64,000 nucleotides of DNA from Trichosphaerium sp. ATCC 40318 (taxonomy: Eukaryota > Protista > Tubulinea), in the NCBI GenBank assembly GCA_038496445.1, contig JALMLS010000336.1, positions 1 to 64,000 of the forward strand, in the 5' to 3' direction. The notes beneath the pieces are model-generated. The model searched no databases. It worked only from the letters and a program-made list of their open reading frames with translations, and was not told the origin of the DNA. This document shows positions 39,951 through 58,083 of the stretch, piece by piece; within the stretch, counting starts at the first letter, position 1, and each line of letters opens with the position of its first letter. The position numbers were made by a program, and so were the translations under genes.

Positions 39951-40626
39951 AATTTTTGATTGATTCATTCGAAAAAAAAAAAAAAATATTGCTCTTGATT
40001 TTCTTTGTTTTGATGATGTGGAGATAGCTTCATGTACCTCTCATTTAACAAAACAAAGAAGTTAAGAAACTTACTGATATTAAAGTACTAATGATTCCTT
40101 CTTCATTCTATTACGAAGAGAACCTCCATCCATTTTGTGTAAAGTGTAAATCAAAAGATAAAAAAAAAACTCAGAAATAATAATTTTCTTTGGCCATAAC
40201 ATTTGTTTTCGATGTTACAATGCCAGTTTGCATTTGAAGATATATACATCTATGCGCAGCCGTAAAAGGGAAATCTGGAAGTTTGAAATCTGGCTGGTGC
40301 CACCCTGTAACAACTTGCACATTCTCTTCAAATTTATGTGAACAGAATTTATGGATCCATGATATGATTCGCCTTTTTGTCTTCACAACATGATAATTAC
40401 AAGGTAGATTGTGATACATATGTTTACGCGAATGCGAGTCTGTAAGAGAACATGCATTTAAACCGCAAGTTAAACCCAGTGTTGGTTTGCACGTGAGCAG
40501 AATCAACGATTTAGTCATCTCATTAGAGCTAAATTACAAGTTGATACTAACCCTTGTAAAAATACTATGTTTTATTTTTAGGACGCCTTTGTGTTGTGAA
40601 CAAGGGGTCTTACACAAGAGCAAAGA

Positions 40627-42880
40627 TCACATTTCCATATTTTTACTAGTGAATATTTCGCCTGAATCTCCCTCAGTAACCCTAATAGACCGCGATTGGG
40701 ACATCATTGCTTTTTTAACTGAAAATCCTTTAAGTTTGATACATCTATTCGTTAAGTTAGATATCGTTTGGTTGTTCATGTGTGGCTGTACCTGTATAGG
40801 TAGATTGCAACGCCTACTAGTATGGCTATTATAACTACAGCACATACTACCACTGGTATTATAATATGCAGTGAAGAGTCAAACGGATCTGAAGCAGAAT
40901 CACAATCATTGTTATCAACAGTTATTGTCAGCAAAACACCTCTGCTTGTGCTCTTGGCGTTTACACGTAAATGCTCACATGGCACCTATTATTTATTTTA
41001 GTTCTAAAGAGAGGGATTCAAAGTTAACAACACGTACTTCTGTTTGACCGCCATCAAGAACAAAGTTTGTTTGCTAAAAAAGAACTTTAAGAAAAGTTGA
41101 AGAATTCAAAAAATATTGCTACCTCCATGTTGCAGTGTGCGAATACTTCCATTATTACTTGACCTTCCCTGTATGTCTCGTTCTGTAAAGAAATAGAAAT
41201 GTTTCTTGTAGCCGTCATACATCCTTCAACTTCGAGCACTGTGTTATTAGACTCAATAGAGATGGAGCCTAAACCACTATTAATAAAAGAGACTTTCTCG
41301 TTTTTTTCTTTTATTACGCTCCTACCTTCTACGTTAAAGTCTCCAACAATCGTTACATCACTACGTATAACAACTGTATCAGAATCAAGTATATTACCTT
41401 TGATATCGCCATCAATAACAACAGTAGTATTCTCGCAATCAAACGTTTGACATCCTTTGACAAAAAAAAGTAAACACACGAGTCTGTTATCCTTGTGATG
41501 TACCGATTTGATCTGGTAATAATGTTGTATAACCTAATGTATCCATAGCAACACGTATACCTTTTGTAGCGCTACATAAAATCAATACAAGACAACAACC
41601 TTGACAAAAATAACAAAGGAGGAATGTCTTACTCCAGAACTTCTCTTTGAATTTCGACTCTCGTAATGTTCAGCCCAGGTGGCATGTTTATGCAAAACCC
41701 GACTATAACGTGAGTAAGCGAGTGCGCAGCGCTTCCAATGGCATAATAACTCAAAAGCGAAAATACGGTAAACGTACTATCAGTGCCGTTGATTGGCTTA
41801 GTGTTTCTAGTGAACACTTGCACTCCATTTACAGTGACTGTTCCATCATTACGATTCTGAAGGTCCCTTACGTAGTCCCCAAATCCAAAAGGTGCAGTAC
41901 AGAATGTACAAAGGCGAGTGTAAGCGATAAATGGTTCGTGATAAGGGAATTCTCCGACTAATAACGAGCATAAACAATTTTTTTTTTTCCTTCGTCAGGT
42001 TTAGAAAAAATAAACGCACGTGGATCCTTGTAAGTAAAGCACGTGAAGCGAACTGGTAATGGTGTAAATGTCACTGATAGTATAGGAGATGATGTAGAAG
42101 AGCTATTACACGTGTAGTTAAGCGGACCCGGCGCTATTTCCTTTTTAGTTTATCCCTTCTGATATTTTTTGTTTTCAAAAGAATAAGTGACTCACGGGTT
42201 TTAATAAGCCATCCTCTGTTTATATTAGCTGGATCCGACCATTTAAATACGCTTTCGTAAACAGATATATTTGTGAATTGTTTATCATTGATACCATTAT
42301 ATGTGCCTACTTCTGTATCGAGGTAATCTAAGCCACTCACTAATGGGCTTTGTTATAACAAAAAAGTTGTCATTTTTTTTTTAAATTTCCTTACCTGGGC
42401 CTTGATTGTTTGGGTACGAAGACCACTCTGTAGTGTTCGTCCATGGCGTCTCAACGTCATACAATGACAAAGAAACAGATCGGTTCACATTGGACTCAGG
42501 AATAAGCAGTTGAGCGCCAGTCACTATAAAGCCAACAGGGAGAACACCGAACCCGCCTGTACGCTAATTTCAGTACGAACAAAAAAGTTGAAGCAAAGTA
42601 AAAAATTAGAATTACCGTCTTGGAGAAATATATCAAAGTGCAGTAGATGTATCGAATAACTCTCGTTGTAGGTATCTAGTAATCTAACGCTTGTACACTC
42701 AAGAAACTCTGCTTCTCCAGGTAGTATCCAAGCCTCGAAAGACTGACCTTTTTTAAATTAGTGAGCACGTGGACAACACAAAGTCTTCAACCTAGCACTT
42801 TTCTTTTTGTAGTTACCTTTAGAAAATACGAAGTAAGTTATTAGTATTATCGCAACGTTGCATATTGTATGTTTAAACAT
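40627..42880 (-). CDS. Type I membrane surface protein with DNRLRE-like N-terminal domain
   Basis: Signal peptide; LPVGFIVTGAQL..LYDVETPW....W..VFKW...NRGWLI; TM IIIPVVVCAVVIIAILVGVAIYLY; short tail. Confidence 0.65.
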
Positions 42881-43340
42881 CGGGGGCCGGGAGGAACAGG
42901 GAAGGGAAGTATCCAAAAAGCTTTTTAGAGCTGCGACTTAATCAAGTTTAAAAAACTCGCAAATCCACCGAAGCACTTTCCAAGTGATATTCTGTGTTAC
43001 ATTACCTGCGAGTTTTCTAACTCGGGAAACAATTAGTCCGCCGTTTTATTGTTTTCTGGCAACTCACAAACAGCACGACAACAAACGAATTGTTTGTATT
43101 TTTGATTAGAGTTTAAAAGACAAGGTATTTGCGCATCAGTTACTAGATTAAGTGATACGCGCAAACGTATTTAGGAGTGTCTGATAATAGGGAGCTAACA
43201 AGGTTATATTTGAAAAAAAGTTGCTTGATCACGTGTACATGACCAAAAGGATACACTACAAGATATCGTGGCGTCGTGAATGATTTACGTTGTTGATTAA
43301 GTTGACTTTGTTTCGTTGCTTTTTTCTTGTTTAAAGAGAC

Positions 43341-46300
43341 ATGTGGGTAAGCTTTTCGCCTCGTCATACGTATGGTCGCCCTATGAACTGTGTTGAAGCA
43401 GTTAAAGCATCAAAAGATATAAAAAAGCTTCCCAGTACGACAAAACGACCTAACAGTGCATTTATTCGCCAAAAATACAAAGAAACAAAAGAAACAATTT
43501 ATTCAAGCGCATTGCGAAGAGGTACTTTAGTTCTACACACCAACAGCTCCTCTAGTTATTGTAAATAGCTAAAAAGGAGTTAACTATTCAAAATTGGTTT
43601 TTTTTTTGTCCTAAAAAACACGTGCCATTAGGCGACTTGAATGGAGTTTTGGAGTCAATCGATGAAAATCAGTCTCTTCTCAGCTTTGAGGGTGGAAACA
43701 CCGAGTTACATATGCTTGTGCAATGGCCTACAGAACCTTGTTGGCGTGTTTCTGCGTATCGTATTGTAAATACGCTCCTTAGCCGAGGTACAACCTAAGA
43801 ATGTCTTTCTGTTTGATTAGACACCTGGCATATTTTTCGATATTTCTGGACACGTGATTGACATGTAGGAGGTGTTGATATTAATGCACAAAACAAACAA
43901 GGAGACACACCAATGCACATTGCCCTTTATCATAGAAATGATACTTTCATCAACATATTGCTAGATAAGGGAGCGGACACAGCAATTCCTAACATGCACG
44001 TTTTTTTTTCTTTTTTTTTTTCTTTTTTTTTTTTTCATTATTTATTCTTGGCAAGCATGGGTTTAACTGCTGAAATATGGACGACAGTCATTGTGCCTGA
44101 TAAATGTAATAAATGGCTTAAACGAAGGAAAATATGGCTTTTCGGGCTAGTAATACATGACTATACAGAAATGAAAATGATGTTCCGTTCTGCAATCGAG
44201 GGAGGTAAGCCATAGTTTTGGAGTTTTTCGTACCGTACCTTGTTTGATTCTTTTTTTTACGAATCAGGAAGTGTGTCGATAGTTAGAGCGTGCTGTTCCC
44301 TTATACCTTGGGATAAAGACAGTAGTAATATGGCTGATAAAGCGAAACAAATGATAAAAACTCATTGTAATGATATTGCTTTTTGCCTGGTTATAATGGT
44401 CATTGTCCGTTCGTTTCTTGGTCCAAGGAAAGCGTTATTTAGTATAATGGGATGTAATCCGGAAAAAGGAGCACACCAAACGTTTGCACACGCTGTAGAA
44501 GATCTCTTGGATCAAGGTACAACGCAGCGAAATAGTGTTTACTAAACTTATGGTATTTCTCCATTTCTAGTTCCTGATATCAACGTTTGCAACTCTGATG
44601 CTAGTGATACTCTACTACACTATGCTGTAGTTCATTCCAATTTATTTGTAGTGCAATGGCTATTAGAACATGGCGCTGATATTAGAGTTTATAACAAGTG
44701 AGTAAAAAGACAAAGAAAATGTACAACTAACCAAAAGTATGAAGATTTCATGATACAGCGCTTCATTGTGTATGATATCAAGACAGATGTTGAGGTCCTT
44801 TGTTTATAGTTGTTAGGCTGCTCGAGGAGGTAAGGATGATATTATGACGGCTATTTTACGACACGTTATTGAGAGCAGATGCGAGTATCTTCTTTTGGAA
44901 AAGGTCAATTTTCTGATTTGTTTAAATGTAAATGGTTTTTATAGGGCAGTGATGGAACGGCTTTAGATATTATACTTAGGAGACAACCCACGCCTGAAAA
45001 AAACGCAATGATTGAGATGCTAAAGAAACACATGCCCAAGAAATCTATTTTTTCAAGCATGTTGCCTTTGTCTCTTTGGTTCCATATTCTTTCCTCTCTT
45101 TCAGATACTGTAGATATTGTATGCTCTGCATGGGCATGTAGGACTTTTGCTTCACTTTGTAGTCATGTCCTGGCAGCTAGATCACACGCAATAGGTAAGA
45201 ATCTACATTCTACTGACACATCCTTACAGTTATTGTTTTAAGGAAGACAATACTTGAGGAATGGCACTTACGCAGTGATACCAATAGCTACACAACTTAT
45301 TAAAACAAGAGGTGAGTATATTATCTTCAGAACCAAACATACAGCCATGAACCAATTACCTAAGATATCTATTCAAAAAATAAGCAAAAGAAGTGGTGTA
45401 TTGATTCTGTGATCTACACGTGACAAACCATAGTTTTAACACTGTTTAGAATTAATGTATGAGCAGATTATAACACGAAAGGAAGAAGGAGTTAATAGGA
45501 AATTAAGTCGAATAAAATCTCCTAAAAAAAGGAAGATGTCTATGCTTGGTTTCATAAAGAATAAGAAACAACAAAAATCTAAGCATGATTACCAGTTCAA
45601 CTTTGTTGTCACTGGTTGCTCTAATTCAGGTGCATGACAGTACATGATTATTTGTTAACACCATTCAACAAAAAAAGGTAAATCATCATTGTGTGAGTGC
45701 TTTTGTGGAAGACCAACATCAGTAGACTTTGTACGCCTAGCATATCTATTTACTGCATAAATGATACTAAATATAGGCTATACACAACACTGTTGTTAAT
45801 GACAAACCAGTGAAACTTGTTATTGTACGGAGACATGTTTGCTGGTCCAAGTTTTTTTTAAGTGATTTAAATAGTGGCAGTTAAAAAGAAGTACCACCCC
45901 TCAGGTAGATAGATTGAGAACAATGGCACTGGGAAGAGGTAATGTGATTATTATATGTTGCTCTTTGACTGAAGAAGATGGTAAGAACCGAAAATTATAC
46001 ACAACCCTATTCACTGAAACAGTACCCGCCAAAATGCACTAAAAACCAACCAAAACAAAAAAGGTTTGTAGTATAGGAGAATGCAAATACAAACAATACA
46101 TAGCGATGCTTGCTGTCGGTATTGCACGTTTGCAGTTCTTACAACAAGAACCTGACCTTTTGTCTGTCAACTTTGGGTTTTCTTTCTTTGTTTGTTGGTA
46201 GTGTTTACTTTCTTTTTTAACTTGTACTATAGCCTTGGCACAGTTAGAGGATGAATTGCGTGAAGTAGAGAGATATGCAGCACCAGATGCGAGAGTTTTG

Positions 46301-46544
46301 GTTGCATTCACTAAATCTGACATGATACAAGAGAGAAAGATTTCTTCAGAAGAAATACAGGTGTGTTTTCTTGTAATTTTTTGCCATTGTTAATGAAACT
46401 CAGAAATATCTTACCAATAAGATGGATGCCTATGAATATGAAGTCCCAGCCATAGAAGTGACTATAAATCAACCAGCAATAATCAAATACATTTTTGAAG
46501 ACATGGTGAAATGGTTAATAAGTAGAGAACCAAAAGAATCTTGA
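43341..46544 (+). CDS. Ankyrin repeats + F-box + degenerate Ras-like small GTPase domain (5' end uncertain)
   Basis: GDTPMHIAL..LLDKGAD, DTLLHYAV..LLEHGAD; LPLSLWFHILSSL..ACRTF; FNFVVTGCSNSGKSSL..VLVAFTKSD...RKIS. Confidence 0.75.
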
Positions 46545-47134
46545 CTAATGTTAAAAAACAAACAAATAAACATATAATAATCAGCATAATTATTTAACTG
46601 ACAAGCAACAACATAGGCAGTCATAATATCTGACATAAACAATCACACGTAGTCTTTTTGGTATTTTGAACAAAAAAAGTACAAGATCAGTTGAGTTTTC
46701 AGCATTTCGTCACGTGTATTGCATCAAAATTACACGGTTACCTGTCTGTCCTGTTGAATATTTTTAAGCTCCTGTGTAACTTTAACATACTAGTACGTGC
46801 TATTTTAACACTGTATAAACAACACGTGTACATAACTGTTTTATTACGTTGAAGAAATAGATGTTGACATCTTAGCAATGATAGCTTTGTATGTAACTAA
46901 CGTAATTGACATGAAAAACAGTCTTTACATTGTATCTTGTAGCCATTATTCCGTCATCTATTTCCAAGATGTGTGACTAAGACTAGTAGTACGCACAGCC
47001 TTAAGGGATTTGATGCCGAATTTTGCGTATTTTTTTCTGCTGCACGAATGCAACAATTCGTATGATTTCAGAAAAAGCTCCCCCAATTTTAAAACTAGTG
47101 TTAATGTACAAGTTTTTTTTATTGTAGGTATTTG

Positions 47135-51573
<4,439 letters not shown>

Positions 51574-51736
51574 TGTGTCAAACACGCCAACCGGAAATTC
51601 GACAAGACTAAAAGCGACTTTTTTACCTCTCATTTCTCACAAAACAAAACAGCTACGCATTGCAACCACAAAGTGGCGTAGGTACGGTACGGTCGTTATT
51701 TCTATTAACTGTAGGCAACGCTAGAGCGTTGTGTGG

Positions 51737-52367
51737 ATGCAAGTCGTCAAGTTTTTCTTGCGTCTTTCTCCAGTGCAATTGTTGTACAGATTATCGCGTA
51801 GAAGTACTGTATGTGTAAGGGTACGCACTTTTCTCTCCATCTAAAGCTTTTTCTTTAAAATTTTTTTCAAAATGATTATATCGATACATGAATGGAATTA
51901 CCATACGGGTGTTCCTGTGATTTATGATAATAGGTCGTATGATTACTTGATTTTTCTCTTTTTGACTTTTTTCGCGTTGCCTTCGACCACAACTAACGCT
52001 CTAAAAGGTAACCTCACGCGTCGACAGAACAATAAGTACCACAATGTGTCTAAATAAAATCTAGTTGCTAAACTTCTTGTTTGTTATTCTTTGTATGTAT
52101 CTCACTGTCTTTCACTGTCCTTGTCCACTGTAATACCACTATTATGCCTTTTTATAAACCCAACATTTTCTTCACACAACGCAACATCTGTTAATACACA
52201 ATAGGTCTAAGGGTAATACGGCTGGTCGTAATGAAGCAACACCGCCTTACTACGTCGTAAAACCTGTAGAGCAGGTACCCGTGCAAACAGCCAATAAAAT
52301 ACGTTCATGTCAAATTGACGAGCTACGTTGATTCCTCTAGATCTATTGGCAGTTCCATGACAAATGA
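51737..52367 (+). CDS. Possible small multi-exon hypothetical gene
   Basis: Several clean donor/acceptor pairs and terminal exons reading SKGNTAGRNEATPPYYVVKPVEQ|IYWQFHDK*, followed by AATAAA. Internal structure unresolved. Confidence 0.3.
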
Positions 52368-52921
52368 GATTGTGTATTTGAGACTATTAAGAATAAAACA
52401 CGTGAATATCACAATGTGCTTTTCTTTTTAATGTTAAATCTAAGCCGAGATTATGTACTACATTGACTTCTACCTGTCATCCTAACGGTTGTATCTGAGA
52501 GGTGCGGGTTTATTTAACCGAGCTTAGGTTTCCGGAAAATAACTGTACGTGGGCCGGCGGTGAAAAAGAGTTTCATGAAAAGTTACGGAATATCACAATA
52601 AACTACACTACTGAAGGTACTTCCTCTATCAGACGTTGTTAGAGTATATCCATACCTGCAGTGCTTTGTAAAGGATAGTGTGATGACGTCAGAAATGACA
52701 AAAGACAGCTCACTCGTAAATGTTTATACGCAAGATGGAGCGGGTTTTTATTATTGTCCGCTATTGTCGGCCAATCCATAAACGTGTATAATATTGTATT
52801 TTAATACCCGTATAAGCTTAATACTCGTGTTAAGCGCTTTCGGACAACACAATTGTGATTGTCCTGAAAATATCTCGGTGTACTAAGAATGTTGAACATT
52901 AATTTCGAAACACCGCACGTG

Positions 52922-55478
52922 ATGAGCAGCAACTCAATTACTCTTAAAGTAGTACTATTTCTTTCTGCTATAGCTCTTGTATCTAGTGGTACGTTATAAA
53001 AGGATAAATTCAAACGCAACGCTCACAATTCTGATCTTTTTTTTTATTAGCTTTCTTTTCAGCGTCTATCGTTGGAGATCAATCGTGTCGTCAAAGATCA
53101 AACCCAACGAACTTACCAAAAAGCAAACTCACGTGGGGAAGTAATGGAAGGTTCTCAGTCATTAAATTCAGTATCTTTGATGACGAAGGTGGTTCAGTCC
53201 CACGTGGATCTACTATCGACTCTGCCACCTTGACTTTTGTTGGTGAAAATAATGGTAACTATCGAGGGAACATCTATAAATCGGCTGTTGAATGGGAAGA
53301 ATGCACAGTTAGTTACGACAACTTCGGTGCTACTCCTGGAGCTGATACAGTAGATTTCAGTGGTCCGTTGATCGCTGGATTCGATGAAACACGAAGGAAT
53401 CGACATCTTGTTATTGATGTTACAAGCGCTGTCAGATCTTGGAATACAGGTCAAGATAATTTCGGTTTTGTAATAATACCAGGTAAACAGTCAATAATGA
53501 AAAGCTTTTTTGATGTTGTGCATAGATGGTGCGTCTAGAGGATACTCATCAGTTTACTCTTCAGAATCACAACATAGCCCATTGCTTGAGGTTGAAGTGC
53601 ACCAAGAGTACCAAGGATACGATGGCTCTGATAACAACGTTAATAACCCTACGTATGGCGCCGTTTACACTCCCCTGTTGCGTCAAGTGATGACTGACAG
53701 AGGTAACGTTGACATACCAACGGCCTTTGGTGATGGTCTGTCTACAGTACGATTATCTGTCTTTTTTTGTAGTTGATGTTATTAACTGTATTCCTAGCCA
53801 CGTGAATTTGATTCTAATGGTGACCCTCTACCATTAGTTCGATTGGTAAGTAATCTTGTTGTTGGCCATGTTGAGGAAAGATTACGTGCAAGAAACACAA
53901 AAAGGTAGCTAACTTTTTCAGCAAACAAAACCATTTTCAATATGTTTACTACTACCCCTTTTCTCACTTCTTGCATAGACACAATGATTTGTTGACATAT
54001 TTTGGTCAATTTATCGACCATGATATAACCTTAACACCTGAAGGTGGCGCTGAATTCAATATTGAAGTACCTGCCAACGATCCTATCTTCTCAAACGCAA
54101 TTCATTTCACAAGAGGAATAACAATACCAACACCTGCAGATCAACCTATTGAGCATCCAAATGTGCTTACTGCTTACATTGACGGTTCTATGGTATATGG
54201 ACTCAGTGTTGATCATGCCAATAGTCTGAGAACATTGTACGAACTTAAACTTTCCAGCTTATGAAATTGTTGCTTAAGAAATGTTCTGATTAAGTTATGT
54301 CTAGGACCAACGGACTAATGAAAACCAGTGATTATGATTTCTTACCTTTTAATCTTCCTGAACTTAACCTTGTGATGGACAACATTGGATTCGTTTCAGA
54401 TAGTGAAATATTCGCTGCTGGAGATGTCAGAGTTAATGAAAATGCTGTGTTGACTTGTTTGCATACTCTGTTTGTTAGAGAGCATAATAGAATAGCTGCA
54501 GAGCTTCAAACAGCTAACCCAGGTTGGTCAGATGAAACACTATTCCAAGAAGCTAGGCGTCGTGTCATTGCTATTCTACAATCCATTACAATGTACGAAT
54601 GGCTTCCAGAGATCATTGGAAACATTCCAGACTACACTGTACGCCCTAATTGCTTTGTCAAAAACGCCAATTCCTTACTGTTTGTAGGGTTACAATGACA
54701 GTGTCAATCCTAGCATCATAAATGCATTCTCAGGGGCAGCATTCCGCTTTGGACACAGTCTCATCAGCACTGTAATTCACAGAGTTGACCCGAACTTTGA
54801 TTCCATCTCACAAGGACCTATTCTACTTCGTAATGCTTTTTTCAACCCTGTTGCTTTACGATATGGTATTGGTTCCATGCTAAGAGGCACCATGATGCAG
54901 CGACATGAGGCTGTTGATGTACTTGTAACTGATGACTTGCGGAACTTTCTATTCCAAAACGTTGGAGGAGGTGGCGAGCAAAAACGTGATTTGATATCGT
55001 TCAATCTTCAAAGAGCCAGGGACATAGGTTTACCTGACTACAATACAGTTCGTGCTGCATACGGTTTTTCAAAAAGAAACGACTTTTCTGACGTGTCGAG
55101 TGACCCTGGAACTGTTAATGCGCTTGCTACTGCATACGCTAATGTGAATGACATTGATCTTTTTGTAGGAGGTCTAGCTGAAGGTACTACTTCATTACTT
55201 AACTATCACGTGACTTATTTTTATTTTTAGATCAGCTACCAGACAGTAAACTTGGTGAGTTATTCACAGCTATAATTAGAGATCAGTTCCTAAGATTAAG
55301 AAGTGGTGACAGATTTTGGTTTGAAAATAATCAATTTAGCGCTCAAGAGACTGAAGAGTTGATGAATACTAAAATGCTTGATGTCCTAATCCGTAATACT
55401 GACACGAAACCAGCAACAACTCGATTGTTTAGATCTGCTTTTTCTGTAAGCCACTCATGGGATATAGCTAACTTGTAA
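52922..55478 (+). CDS. Secreted animal-type heme peroxidase (peroxidase-cyclooxygenase superfamily) with N-terminal DNRLRE-like domain
   Basis: Signal peptide; VPRGSTIDSATLTF..IDVTSAVRSW...NFGFVI; YDGSDNN, FGQFIDHDIT, TAYIDGSMVYG, AGDVRVNEN, REHNRIA, AFRFGHS and NLQRARDIGLPDYN. Confidence 0.93.
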
Positions 55479-55581
55479 TACAAAGTACCTTACTCTTGTA
55501 AATAAAACTCTTATCGAAAGCTACAAGCATACTTTTCTCACTTGATTTATTTGCACTATGTGCACCCACGCTAATGATTGG

Positions 55582-56314
55582 TCATGGAAGTATCCACCCA
55601 TAATACTGAGTATTCTCGTTATTTTCTGTACCAACTTCATTCCATGTCTTGCATTCTTGCTTGAAATTATTCACATAAGTACACTCACTAGACAATTGAC
55701 CATTTGAGTGCCAACTTTTAAAGTTCCCTTCTCGTTTGCCATTAATGTAATGACACTCCACCATTAGTGGTCCAGTACGATGCCACTTTTTATATTTTCC
55801 ATCACGTTTATCATTAATGTAGTGACACTCCATTGCTGGCTTTCCATTTCGTTTCCACATTTTTAACTCTCCTTCAAGTTTAGTATTTACATAAAACCTC
55901 TGTTCACTACACTGACCATTGTCGTGCCAAGACGTAAACTCACCTTCAAGCTTATCATCAACATAATGGACTAAGTTCTTTAGTTGACCATTTTTATGCC
56001 AATACTTGAATTCTCCATGCCGTTTACCATGCTTCCAATGCTCTTCACATGATAATTTTGAGTTTACTCCTGTTTTAAGCCACTTTCCATGTTTATTCAA
56101 GTCACTGTCGAATCTTGTCATCATTGCTGTTTGTTTCGATAAAATAGGTACTTTGGAGTACACTTCTGAGTCCAAATCGATGATATCAAGTTGTAACTCG
56201 ATAGGGAGACATAGTAGACGACTGGTTTGATGTAAATTACCTGCGCTTACCTACATACGCAGTTAGCTACTGAAAATTATCATGAAGAGTTACTACATTG
56301 CGTTTTAGGGACAT
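55582..56314 (-). CDS. F-box-like + MORN-variant repeat protein (short paralog of 5050-6483)
   Basis: LLCLPIELQLDIIDLDSEVYSKVPILSK aligns with ILDLPSDIQVYLCTFNAEVFNKYHVLSK; ~6 MORN_2 repeats; probable short 5' exon from ATG 56314. Confidence 0.8.
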
Positions 56315-58083
56315 TGTGAAGACAAACAGTTTTCTGGTGCCAGCTGACTTATTATTATTGTTGTCTTAACACGTAAAAATATACCGCACAAAGTCAACAG
56401 GTTTCTTTGTACTGATTGCAGCTTGTGCAATGGATCAATCATGAACGGTTTTATGGAAGGAAAAATCAACTTCTACGCTTGGCGTACTCGTACAACCTTT
56501 TCCTCGCGGATTGGAAGTGTCATCAATTTTTTTGTCACATTCGAACCCATGGCCTTTTGCATTATTACCAGGGAACACCAATGTCAAGAATGACATAACG
56601 CGTTACACTAAATCTGCCTTTCACCGTGAAAGTGGGCATAGCATACAATTCTTAGTTTGTTCAAACCAACACAATATATGTCATAACATATTCGCCTTGA
56701 CCGGTACTATCTCAAAATACGGTGTCCTGCAGGGGAACTGTTCGGCAATTTTCTCCCATATAACCACGTGTTTTTCAAACAGAGCAGGAGATGTTTTAAG
56801 GGGGTGCTTTTCATCGCTTGGCACTCAAGGTGCCGTAATACATTGATTGATTGACAATTATTATCCCTCAAGTGTTTCTGTTATCACACACTAGTTACTA
56901 GACACAACCTTGCTCTGGTAGCAAGGTTTGGCGTTTAATTACTGTTCTGTTGTTACTATCAATTTGAGGTGATTGTTCACACATTTTATTCTAAAAGCCT
57001 GTAAAAGTTTGCAGGAGTTCGAATATAAAGTTTCGAGAAAAAGTGTTACAACGCAAACGTTCAAAAACGGCCGTACGGTTCGCTTTCGGTCAGGCCGTTA
57101 TGCGAACTATATACAGTTTAAATCACGCCTCAAGACGCATTGGTTGTGGTAACCACCGCTTCCGTTTGTCCGCTAGAAATACCAAAAAAGTTTTGAAACA
57201 CGTGGGTTAAACCATTGATTCCAAAAAATGTTTGCAGTCTGTCAGAACAGCTGACAGAAACTTTTTTTTTTCAAAAAGCAACAAAAACTGAAGTTCTTCT
57301 GAGTGTTGTTTGACAAAAAAGAAAAAGGTACAACAAATGCAGGCGTCTTCGCCGGTCTTTATGTATACAGTTAAATGCTCTCAAGCGATGTTTTGTGGTA
57401 TTCACACTACATACCAAGTGATAAAATATCAGTCACTCCCAAAAAAACTGAAGCTGTTCTTGTCACATTATTCATGTGTTATGCTCATTGTGTATCACAC
57501 AGTTAAAATATCATCACTATGTGTACATCACTGATTTGTGCATTCATTTTAAACTCTATAGCACGAAATAAAAACATCAACCAGAGGTTTTTTGCTATTA
57601 TATTGTCACTTCATTGTTCTATGCAGTTTGAGAGTGTTTCGTTTTTTAAACTGTAAGTCGTTGAGCAAGCAAAAAAAGAGCCCAAAGGTATGTAGCTAGC
57701 ACCCCTCATACGAGAATCTAGAGCGAACAAAAACAATACAACAATTTTCAGTACCTGTTTGTGTTCGTGCACCTGTTATTGTAACAGCACAAATAATTTT
57801 TTCTCAAAGATTCCATGTGTTGCTCTCCTTCGCAAACAAGTAAAAGTACATACTAACATTCTTTGTTATCTTTGAAAAGAAAAAGACTGTGGGTTGTGTA
57901 CAACCAAAGCGGTTCATAAAATGTTTTCAAAGTTGTATCACGTGACAGAATCTTTCAATACGTAGTATGGGTAGCCTGTAAAATTTCTGGCGTTCAGTAA
58001 ACAATGAGCCGGTTGCACATAAACAGTGCACACAGTACTTAACCGCCAACAAACAAAAAAACAAACAACAGCAATCATATACT

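Noticed and set aside
57064-57180. Helitron end or tRNA-like hairpins
   Set aside because: Short stems only; no cloverleaf and no matching element terminus.
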